Shown here: positions 50,365-61,019 of the stretch, piece by piece | Layout of the letters: each line of letters opens with the position of its first letter | How positions within the stretch are numbered: position 1 is the stretch's first letter | Assembly: GCA_022813965.1 (NCBI GenBank) | Contig: JALDZS010000016.1 | Coordinates: 62,001 to 126,000, forward strand | Origin: Toensbergia leucococca | Taxonomy: Eukaryota | DNA length: 64,000 nucleotides | Direction of reading: 5' to 3' | Position numbers and translations under genes: made by a program | The notes under the pieces: generated by a model | Seen by the model: only the letters and a program-made list of their open reading frames with translations | Told to the model about the DNA's origin: nothing | Database searches by the model: none

Positions 50365-51358
50365 TCATTTTGAATTTTGCCCAATACTGCCCTTTGCACT
50401 CCCCATATATTTCAATTCCTCATTCAGTGTCCCCTGAAGACGCTCCAGTCTTCGCTCTGACAGGCTCTCTAGCAATGAATCCATTGTTGTCAGCTCTCCC
50501 GTTCTTATAGCTGGATATGTTGTTGCCCACTTCCTGATTATCTCTTTATTCTTCTCCGTCTCATGATGGTGTATATTCCTCAATGCTAGTCTCTTCAACT
50601 TTAAGCGAAGTCTTCCAGCCCATGATCTCCGTAATCATCTTCGCTAGCTCTCTCAGCGGAATAGCCTGATCTCCGGACAGCGATAACGTCTTGTTCTCAG
50701 ATCTATCACCCTCGGTCCTTAGGATGCGTGCACTTCCTTCTCCCAAGTCATTACGAGCAACCCAGACATTACCTCCGTCACCAGCTACGATGACTTCCCT
50801 ATCTGCCTCCGTCCCGGCTGCATTGTGTGCATCGAAGTGACCAAGGTAATGCGGATACGACTCGTTGTAGATCCCTTCCCTAAGAATGGTGTGCTTGAGA
50901 CCACTCTGCATCAGATAGGCTTCGATATCAGGATGCGCTCCCATAACAGCCTGCTCGGTCATTAGCTCATACTTGAGATGAGATACCTACAGAATGAAAG
51001 ATTATAGCCTCACTATCTCCAGCAAAGGCTAGAGACGTGTAATACACCCATTCGATCCCCACATCCACGGCAGCATCAATGGCATTCTTCTGCGCTCCCA
51101 CCCTTACAGCATGCGCAATTGATGGATATGAGACTAGAAGGAGCTTGTAGGCGCCACGAAAAGCCAGTCGAAGAGTTTCCTGTTTTTGGAAGTCCCCATG
51201 GCGGACATCGAGACCAATATTTTGTAGAATAGATCTTTTTTGCGGCAAGCCCGAGGAATTATGGAGGGAAATAATGATAGAGGACGCTGGAGTATGCTAC
51301 GTCTCGAGAAAATGATGCAGGACTCAACTGCCGAGCCCGCCAGTAGCCCCCGTTATGC
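50365..51358 (-). pseudogene. NmrA-like / NAD(P)-binding Rossmann oxidoreductase pseudogene
   Basis: ITGATGGLGS*VLHHFLET*HTP with stops at 51324-51326 and 51297-51299, then VRHGDF, YYTSLAF and LREGIYNESY. Frameshift near 50572; no start ATG. Confidence 0.85.
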
Positions 51359-51465
51359 AGCTATTTAATTCAAAATATTTCTTACCAAGTCGCAATGACT
51401 TCAAAAGTACCTGAGCTATTCTTCAATCTAGGAAAGTAGACAAAATTCCCAACAGAGTTCATTTG

Positions 51466-53005
51466 ATGTCTTCCAGCTGGAAGAATGTCATCTTCTTCCA
51501 CCCTGATCTCGGTATTGGTGGAGCTGAACGCCTTGTCATCGATGCAGCACTTGGTCTAAAAGCCCGTGGGCACAGAGTAACAATCTTTACCTCCCATTGC
51601 GATCGTAACCATTGCTTTGAAGAAGCCCGAGACGGTCCGTTTTTTTTTTGCATGAATATTTCGCAGCTTTGTGTATTCACAGCTGCTGACAATTGACTCT
51701 GCAGGTACTCTGGATGTACGAGTACGTGGAGACTGGCTTTTCCCTGCCACAGTTCTAGGTCGCTTCCGGATTCTGCTTGCTATACTACGGCAGTTGCATC
51801 TACTTACGGCAATTACGATCAGTCAGGAATTAGGTCGACTGCGGCCAACAGTGTTTTTTGTGGACCAGTTGTCTGCCGGGATCCCAGTAATGAGATGGTG
51901 GTGGAAAGACACCAGAATATTGTTTTACTGTCATTTCCCTGACTTTATGCTGGCGTCGGGGAGGGAGAAGTGGTGGAAAAGATGGTGGAGATGGGGATTT
52001 GACTGGCTAGAGGGCTGGACTATCAGAGGCGCGGATAGGGTCGTGGTCAATAGTGCATTCACAAAGGGGGTAGTTGAGGGAGTTTGGCAAGAGCTGGGAG
52101 GCGAAAGAGGAGTAGGGGTTGTATATCCTTGTGTTGATACTAAACCGAAGGAGAAAGAGGGAGGGGATGAGAACCAGGTAGAGATGGATGACGGGGAAAC
52201 CAAAGAGCTCTGGAAAGGCAAGAAATTGATACTGAGCATCAATCGATTTGAGAAGAAGAAGAACATTGAATTAGCACTAAAAGCTTTCGCGGGGCTGGGT
52301 GATACCAGTAGAGAAGGAGTGAGGCTGGTCATATCCGGTTTGTCTCTTGCGAATATCATCTAAGGTGTGTTCTACTGATCTACGGCAGGTGGTTACGATA
52401 ATCAAGTAGAAGAGAATGTTTCCTATCACAACGAGTTGGTCTCTCTGGCTAATTCCCTCGGTCTCAGAGCTGCCACTACCAAGAACGTCGTTACAGCTCT
52501 CAATGTTCCAGAAGGTATTGCCGTACTATTCCTACTTTCTGTTCCGGCACAGCTGAAGTCAATGCTTCTCAATGCTGCCAGTCTTCTTGTGTACACTCCG
52601 TCAAATGAGCATTTTGGCATTGTACCTCTCGAGGCTATGCTGGCAGGCGTACCAGTCCTCGCGGCAAACAGTGGTGGTCCTCTCGAGACAATCATTGACG
52701 GAGAAACTGGATGGCTGCGACCTATGGATGAGGTGGAACAATGGACAGAAGTTTTGCAACGCGCTCTTCACAGCTTGATGACTGACCGATTGAAGCAAAT
52801 GGGGATAAATGGAAAGAAGAGAGTTGAAGAGCAATTCTCGGAGACAAGAATGGCCGACAGATTCGATGAAGAGATTGAAGCGATTATCTCATCCCCAAGG
52901 CAGCCAGCAACTGATATCCCAGATATACTACTGGGGTTCGGGATCTTTGGTATGATTCTTATAGCTGTGATTGGCTTCCTCTATAGAGTCATTAAAACTC
53001 GATGA
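51466..53005 (+). CDS. ALG2: Alpha-1,3/1,6-mannosyltransferase Alg2 (GT4); 3 exons
   Basis: [52 protein letters not shown] and a C-terminal TM. Introns at 51635-51704 and ~52338-52388. Confidence 0.96.
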
Positions 53006-54712
53006 CATGCACTATCAATCAATACGTGAAAAGGCCAGGGTTACTAGACTGTCCTACCAGATGTTGTCAACCATTCCCAGGGATTGTCAGATCATACGGG
53101 TCTGCGTATGCCAATGCGCAGGTCTACTCATATGCACATTCAGGACAACATGAGGATGGATTAAGGATTGAGGAAGACTACCGAAAACGTGATATTTCAT
53201 TCAAACTTGACGTTTGCATGATAGTCAAAGTCCCGTTGTTTGGCCCTCCGAAAACATGGTAGTGCAAGACACGGATTCTTTTGCAGCCCCGTACGCTCAT
53301 ACTCGATTGCAATTGTTTTCCGCAGGGACCCTAGAGCTGGTGCTATTCTGTCACAATTCTGTGCGTTTGGAGATGGCATTCTTTCCGGCACTTTTCCTAC
53401 ACTTTGGCTCCCCCGTGTCTTTTATTTCTTCATGTGCTGCATTCCCTTCATCCTCTCTACCACCCTCGGCCTTTTCAAAAACCATCAAGTAAGACTTCAG
53501 TACTGCACTCGAAGACACGGCTCAACCCTTGCTTCATATGATTCTTCATTGAGATAATGTCATCAGCAAGTTCAATCCTTCATTGTGAAATGACAGCAAA
53601 ACATGTTGTACACAGTGTTATAGCTCATTTACTGACACATTATAAGATCAAGAGGGTCAGTCATTATTAAATTTAGGAGTGGGGGCTGGTTGTCTTGAGT
53701 AAATGACTGAGCGAGCAAATATCAATGATGTTAATAGTTGAAGAACAATCCAAAGCGATAACCAGCGAGATGGAAAGTGTGGCCCCTACAGATAGATATC
53801 AGGATCATGATAAACGATAGCAGCATTCCGTGGGCCGATTCCCCTTTCCTTGCAATGATTTACCCTCACACGATGACAACGAGTTTTGTGGCCGTGCAGA
53901 AGAGCTGGATCTTATTGATGAAACCTTACTGAAGTCAACCAGAAGCGGGTTGTCTGGGCTCAGATTTGGGGGATGATTGAGGTTTATAAGCTTCCTCTGC
54001 TGCCAGGCAGCACTCAGATGGATGAAGACATGAGATACGATCAATTGGTGTGTGCATTCCTGCGGTGAGAGAACATGTGAAACAAACAAAGTAGATTGAC
54101 TTGGATAGCGATCAATCATCCGTACCTTGTATTTGATGAAGTTGTTGAGCAGATATATTTTGAATATTTGCTCAGCTGCTCGCGAGCTTTCCAGACAAAA
54201 GCAGATGCATGCGAAGTCCTCTGTTAAGATGCTTGATTCAGCACTTGGAGATTGAAACCCTCCATTATGACATGGACGACATTGCGCATATAGAAAGCTG
54301 TCTTTTGCCAATTGGATAAGGCCACATCAGTTGTGCCATGTCAATTTTTTATTGTATTTCAGTTGTAAGACGGAAATGCGATGGAGGTTGACTTTAAGTG
54401 ACTTACTCTGACGTACGGACAGATTTATGCACGTGCTGACGCGCTGAGCGCGCCGTGCTGAGGCGCGGGACTTCCATCCCATTTCACAACTCACGAGTGA
54501 GCCTAGTTGTTTCATTAGAGCTAATTGCAGCATTGCTTCTCTACACACATATCCTCCTATTGCAACCATCACGCTAGCGTTCAAGCTAGATCTTGGGCTA
54601 GATTGCTAAGGAAAATACACTTGTATTGGGCGCTCAGCCAATTGTTATCTCTCTACCTAATCTTCATAATAATCACCCAACAAGGTCGACTAGCTTCCAA
54701 AATTTCCTCAGT

Positions 54713-56678
54713 ATGGCTCCACGTGAACTTATCGACCTCAGTCTGAGTACGGATGATGAAGCGCAAGCAAAATCTCTACTCTCTACCCAAGTTTATAGAT
54801 CCAAAAGTCACGTCGACGCCGAGTTCGTGCTTCTTTCCGATGATTTCGACAGCACTGCCCATCTCGAACCTGGCTGGTCCACGAAGCCACCGAAACGACC
54901 GAGGTTGAGTTCACCGACGGAGTGTGAGAAAGGACATCATATGACCAATCGTGAAGCTCTGATCAGGGGCTCTGAAGACGTTTCCACTTCCGTGATTACC
55001 AAGACCAAGTCGAGAGAGAAACCTCTGGAGTGGTCCGATCCAATTATCTTCACCTCGTCTCCAAACCAAGATATCACCAAGACTCGCATAGCTAGGGGAG
55101 ACCTCACAACGCTAAGTGATGGTTCGGATGATAGCCTTCCGGAATGCCTGCCTCGAGCATTGGCTCAGCAGGCGCAAATCGTATCTCACTTTTCTACTAC
55201 AACTACGGCATTGATTGCGAGTTTTGATAAGTCTCCTGCGAGGAAGAGGACCTCGAGAGGGACTCGAAACGAACCCCGCGCGAGAGAGTTTGCCATGAAG
55301 ACGGGCTCTGTCTTGATCTCAAACCCCAGAAAAGAGATGATCGAATCCGAAGATGTGAACTCAAAGCTTGACAAAGGCAAGACTTCCAAGAGGACGAAGC
55401 TCACAGAAGCTGAGAAGGATGCTCGGACACAAGAGAGGGAAAAAGCAAATGTTACGAAGAGAGAACGAAAGGAAAAAGAGAAAGAGGAGGAGAAGGAGAG
55501 AAAACGTCTGTTCAAGGAAGAGAAAGCTCGGGAGAAGCAAAAGGCAGCTGGTTTGGCCGAAGTCAATAAATCAAAGCTGGACAAGAAGACTTCGACGCCG
55601 GAGATGATCGTCGACTTGCCAGTGTCTCTAGAAGGTACAAGCGTTGATAATCAGATCAGAGAATTCCTCAAGCGTCTAGAGGTTGACTTTACTACCTATG
55701 AAAGCCCTTTACCCAATGTGATCAGGTGGAGAAGGAAAAAGACTTCTCGCTTCAATGAGGAGATGGCGCACTGGGAGCCAATGCCGGAGGAAATCTGCGT
55801 TGAGAGTCATACCATGTGTATTTTATCTGCGAAGGAGTTCGTAAGTATGGCTTCTCAATCAATTGAAAAGACCAATAGCCAGGATCTAGAAGAACATGTC
55901 GTTGGTCTTAAAAGATGCCTTAAAGATTCCAGCCCCATCTACCTCATCGAAGGCCTCACTGCTTGTATGAGGAAAAGCAAGACCACTCAAAACAGAGCAT
56001 ACCAAGCGGCAGTACTGAACCAGGCGGACGGTCAGGAAAATGGAGTGGCTGGTGGCAATCAACAAGCTACACGCCGCAAGAAACCTGCCGAAACATCCAT
56101 TGATGAAGACATGGTTGAAGATGCATTGTTGCGATTACAGATCATGCACGGTTGCTTGGTGCATCATACCTCTGCTACCGTAGAGACAGCTGAATGGGTC
56201 TCGACCTTTACGCAGCATATCTCTACCATACCATACAAGTACAAATGTCCCTTCCGAGATCTGCCTGTCACAAAAGTTGACATATACAGGAACGAGCGAA
56301 TGAACTTGGAAACGTCCTTTTGCATGGATGTTGGTCAAGTCAAGACTGGAGATGACACGAATGACACATTTGTCAAGATGCTACAAGAAGTTGTGAGAGT
56401 AACGGCACCTGTGGCTTATGGCATTGCAGAGAAGTACCCCAACGTAATTAGCCTAGTCAAAGGGATGAGGCGTCACGGTCCGTTGGCTTTGGAAGATCTG
56501 CCGGTATACTAAATTGCTAGACTCTTCCAAAAAAAAAGAAGATTGCTGATGGAATTGACATGTTTAGAAAAGCGCGAACAAAAATGGCGCCTTGACGGAC
56601 TCGAGAATTGGCCCTGCCCTCAGTAAGAGACTTTACAAAGTATTCATGGATCTGGACCCTTCATCGACAGATGTATAA
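54713..56678 (+). CDS. EME1: ERCC4-domain crossover junction endonuclease subunit Eme1/Mms4; probably 3 exons
   Basis: EVNK...DKKTSTPEMIVDLP, IYLIEGL, VEDALLRLQI, FCMDVGQVKTG. The last exon is KSANKNG...RIGPALSKRLYKVF...DV*. Confidence 0.85.
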
Positions 56679-57421
56679 GAAATGTATATATTATGGTCTT
56701 GCCAAGTATTTGACAGGCGGCGCCGAGACTTCAGGTTTTTACATCCAATGGTCCTGGGATTCTTAGTATTGATATGGATCTTTGGATAGCGACACATGTC
56801 TCGAACCTTCAGTGGATCCAGGCCTAAGTGAGGAAAATCAAGGTCTCCTGGCACTGATAGTTTTTAAGATGAATACCTATACTAATCTTACGTTCGAAGA
56901 TTTCCCCGACAACACAGGTTCGGTCAGGCTCACCCTTGGCTATTGACTGGTAGGCTGAATGACTTCTCAGGTGGTCCTCCCATATACGCTGCTCATTATC
57001 ATCATACGTCTAAGGGGACTAGAAAATCAACGGTGGTTCACATTCACAAGCAATAAGGCAGCATCGTCACTAATGATTCGGCTGCATCATATTTATCGGA
57101 ATCTGAGATGACCCAGTCCCGAAAAACGACCAACCGATATTACTCGAAGACTGGGCGATATTGAAGCTTCATTTGAGCTTCCTTTTTATTAGTGAGTTGA
57201 TCTACCTATCAACTACTAATTGGTAAAATCAATCCCATACTACTCTCACTTTCAATTCTCTGCCTTTCCCATCTTTACCATAATACCTATCCTCCCTCAT
57301 AATATTCACTACTTTGCCATTCCATGAAACCACATCCGCACATCACTTTATCCACGTTTTCCACGAAAAACGAAAGCCTTTATTCTACACCTCTCAGCAA
57401 AACACAGCCAGAATCTCAGTA

Positions 57422-59089
57422 ATGCAGCCCGAACCAGCTTTTACTGTTTCGCTGATAGCACCGAGAAAGCTAGTCAAGACACTCAAAAACGCCCTCGAAT
57501 CTCAAGGAAAACTGGACAAGAGCGTGAGAATCCAGCCTCTCCAAGCAACAAAGGACACGAGCGACACTGCTATTGACCCCGACGCCGAACCCCTAGATCC
57601 AAAGGATAGTTACGTCATCCCTACCACCATCCGCCTATGCCTCGCGGACAACTCACCCAAAACAAAAAGCACCGCCGTGTCCACCCTACTAGCGCAACTG
57701 AACCTCCAACGCCACTCCGCCCAAATAACTCTATCCCTAACCTCCCATTTCCCATCCCCCCAAACCCCAACTTCCCAACAGCCCAAAAACCTCCTCACGC
57801 TCGCCCTAAAAACCTGGCTCCACTCCCTCCCGACCCCCATAAAATCCACCCTTCCCTCTTCCCCAGAAACCCTCCTCGCCAACCAACCCTGGACCTACAC
57901 AATCTACCCACCCCTCCTCCTCCTGCCCCCCTTTACCTTCACCTCACTGCCATGGCCAGACCTCCTCTCAGACCCCCACCAAGCCAAAACCCTCTACACC
58001 CACCTCACCACTGTCCTGAAAGTAACCCACATCGCCCTCAACGGGCCCATTCCCCTTCACCACCACCAACCAAACAACCCCCCCAGCAACAATAACAACA
58101 AAGAATACCCTAAAACACCAACACCACCACCAATAAACCACCACCGAACCCCACACACCCTAACCCCCCTCCACGGCAACTTCGGCCCCCCTTCACACCA
58201 CCTCCCCTCAGCATCCCCCACTCCAACCCCCCAAGACCTAAAAGAAGCATTCTGGTGCACAGCGCGCCAGAACCAAATCTTCCAAACCTGGGCGCCCCGC
58301 CACACGATGTTTTCCCGCGGCAACATCGCCGAGAAGGCACGCCTGCTGCGCCTCCTCTCGCATCCCGCGCCACACGAACATGGCCTCGGAGAAGGAATGG
58401 ATGCGGAGGAGGAGGAGGGGGAAGAAGAAGGGGTGGGGGAGCAGGAGGAAGAAGAAGAAGAAGGAGGATGGGCCCAGAAGATGAGCGCGGTGGATCTCTA
58501 TGCCGGCGTGGGATATTTTGCGTTTTGCTACGCGCGGGCTGCTGGGGTCGGGAGGGTGTTTTGCTGGGAAGTGAGCGGGTGGAGCGTCGAGGGGTTGCGG
58601 AGGGGAGCTGGGGCCAACGGGTGGGGGGTTCGGGTTGTGCGGGAGGAGGAGGAGATGAGTGGCCAGGACGGAGGGGAGAGGGTGGTGGTGTTTCATGAAG
58701 ATAATGCCCATGCTGCGCGTCGCGTTGCGGGGATGCGAGGAGCAGCAGCAGCAGCGGGGGGGACGATTCCGTCGGTCCGGCATGTCAATTGCGGGTTTTT
58801 GCCCTCGTCGGAACCGAGTTGGGGGATTGCGGTCCGGGTGCTCGATCCGGTGCTCGGGGGCTGGGTGCATGCGCATGAGAATATCGGCGTGGGGGATGTG
58901 GAGAGGAGGAGGGGGGAGGTTGTGCGGGTTTTTGAGGGCATTGTGAGGGAGGTGAGGGCGGGGGCGGGGGCGCGGGTGGAATGCCGGCATCTGCAGCGCG
59001 TCAAGTCGTATGCGCCCGGTGTGATGCATTGCGTGCTGGATATGTACATTGGTCCTGTGGCCCAGCAGCAGCAGGAGAGCCAAAGCTAA
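57422..59089 (+). CDS. TYW2: tRNA wybutosine-synthesizing protein 2 (SAM-dependent transferase)
   Basis: QNQIFQTWAPRHTMFSRGNIAEKARL, VDLYAGVGYF, RHVNCGFLPSS, HAHEN and VKSYAPGVMHCVLD. Confidence 0.92.
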   Translation: MQPEPAFTVSLIAPRKLVKTLKNALESQGKLDKSVRIQPLQATKDTSDTAIDPDAEPLDPKDSYVIPTTIRLCLADNSPKTKSTAVSTLLAQLNLQRHSAQITLSLTSHFPSPQTPTSQQPKNLLTLALKTWLHSLPTPIKSTLPSSPETLLANQPWTYTIYPPLLLLPPFTFTSLPWPDLLSDPHQAKTLYTHLTTVLKVTHIALNGPIPLHHHQPNNPPSNNNNKEYPKTPTPPPINHHRTPHTLTPLHGNFGPPSHHLPSASPTPTPQDLKEAFWCTARQNQIFQTWAPRHTMFSRGNIAEKARLLRLLSHPAPHEHGLGEGMDAEEEEGEEEGVGEQEEEEEEGGWAQKMSAVDLYAGVGYFAFCYARAAGVGRVFCWEVSGWSVEGLRRGAGANGWGVRVVREEEEMSGQDGGERVVVFHEDNAHAARRVAGMRGAAAAAGGTIPSVRHVNCGFLPSSEPSWGIAVRVLDPVLGGWVHAHENIGVGDVERRRGEVVRVFEGIVREVRAGAGARVECRHLQRVKSYAPGVMHCVLDMYIGPVAQQQQESQS

Positions 59090-59214
59090 ACAGGCCCCTC
59101 GACAAACGGCCCCCCTTTGGCGTCCCCCCTCCATATATTTCACAAAGCACCCCATCCCACTGTAACAGAACATGAAAAAGGAAACTCCGCCCCTCCCCCC
59201 CACCACCAATCCCA

Positions 59215-60170
59215 TCACGCGGCGCCGCGTCGGAACTTGGGCGGAATGTTCTGCTCGACTATGGGCATGCGATCGAGTTCGTCCTGGCGGTCGGCGGCGT
59301 CGGCTTCGCGGTCGTGCTTGGCGAAGTGGGCGATGTCTTCTGGGTGGGTGAGGTCTTCTTCTGTGGTATCTGTTGTGGGGGTTGGAGGGGGTTTTGTTAT
59401 TGTCTGCCAGTCTGCCAGGGAGGTTGAGAGGGGAGTAGATGTAGATATAGCGGGGTCTTTTTTGCGAGACGCGGGGGGAGGGAGGGGAGGAGAGAAGGAG
59501 AAAAAGGAGGGGAGGCTTTACCTTGGCCGTGAAAGATCTCAAAATGATGAATCTCATACTCATACTCATCATCCCCATGATGTCCCGGCCCAAACTACCA
59601 CCCCGCGATCCACAAATCATCAGCCCAATCCCTCCTCTCCCCCCAACTTCCAAAAAAAAATAAAACTCACCCCAAAATCCTTCAACCTCTTCCCCGCCTC
59701 CCACCCGACCATCCACTCCCCCCTCCCCACAACCCCATCCCCATTCGCATCCCACACCCCCAAAACCTCCCTAACAACCTCCTCTTTCCGCTCCTCCGAG
59801 ATCTCCCGCGTCGTCGACTCCTCCTCGTCGTCCAATAAGCCGTAGGTGCGGCGGATTTCGTCCGGGGTCCAGGCACCGGAGGAGTCGAAGTCGTGGAGGG
59901 AGAAGAAGGCGTCGGGGGTGAAGGTGGTGATGTGGTGTTCTTCTGTTGTGTGTTATTCCGGGGGGGCCCATGGTTTAGCTTGATGGGATTTCTGTAGTTT
60001 GGGGGGGGGAGGGGGGGGAAGGAGGGAGATGTACCTGCCATGTGGCGGGTTGCCCAATCGGTTGTGTCGGAGAGAGGGTGTTGGCTGTGGTCGGAATGGG
60101 CGTGGAGGGGGTGAAGGAGGGCTAGGAGGGCTAGGGCGAGCGTTGTGGGGAGGAGGGATTGGGGGAGCAT
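59215..60170 (-). CDS. SSP120: Secretory pathway EF-hand protein Ssp120; 4 exons
   Basis: Signal peptide, then DWATRHMA|EEHH...FFSLHDFDSSGAWTPDEI, EF hand DANGDGVV, FGPGHHGDDEYEYEIHHFE and EEDLTHPEDIAHF...NIPPKF. Confidence 0.9.
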
Positions 60171-61019
60171 TGTTGGTTTTGAGTTCTTTTGCGAGACGAG
60201 TGGGATGCGTGTGTTCTGACTGCGGAAAATGCGGATTTAGTTGGTGGGGTCTAAGAATGAGTAAGGAATTGTGGAAGAGGTCGCTGGAGGTACTGTGGGT
60301 CAACCAGGGCTCTAAATTTGCTCGTGTTTATTTATTTATCTTGACGCGCGAATAGAATAATTTCACAGCTTGGCAATTTCTTACGAAGTAAATTACTCTA
60401 TGCTTTTCTTTCCACGTTGTAACAGGCCAATCTCAAAGGAATAATGATAATACGTTGCGGTGGAGACAGTAACGGCTTTCTAGTAGTGCATCAAAAAGGG
60501 GCCTTGCATGATTTGGCCTTTTCCATCCACCAAGTCAGTCGGTTTCCTAATCCTGATCGAGCCGAATCATCAACTTGGTCCTCTATACTTAGCTTCCTAT
60601 CCAATATATAGGGATGCAGACGCTTGACCTGACCCATTTCAAACCCTATCCTGGACTTCGGTTACAGAAGTGCCTTAGACACGAATCTTGCGATTCCCAT
60701 AAGCGTTCATTTCCAATTGGGATACTTTCTCTGGTAAATTACAGACCCTTTTCAGGGTGTCGTCTAATCGATAGCTTGGGAGGACCTCTTTGTGTCTTTG
60801 AAAGGCTGACACTACGTCGACGTAGGTAGTATGTGGTAGAGAGATACCACGACGAAAGCTCTCATCTACGTTTCAGATAGTCCGGATGACCAGAAAACTA
60901 TCATGATACGTCAAGGCCTGTAGCGGCTACACTGTCATCGTAGGGCTCACCGAGACACTTATACGCCTATGCAAAAGGCAGCCCTGGTGATAAGTGCAGT
61001 AGGCATAGACGTGTCATCT

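Noticed and set aside
58238..59755. 505-aa minus-strand ORF and the 242-aa plus ORF at 59117
   Set aside because: Shadow frames overlapping TYW2 and SSP120 in stop-poor, G/C-skewed DNA; low-complexity translations.
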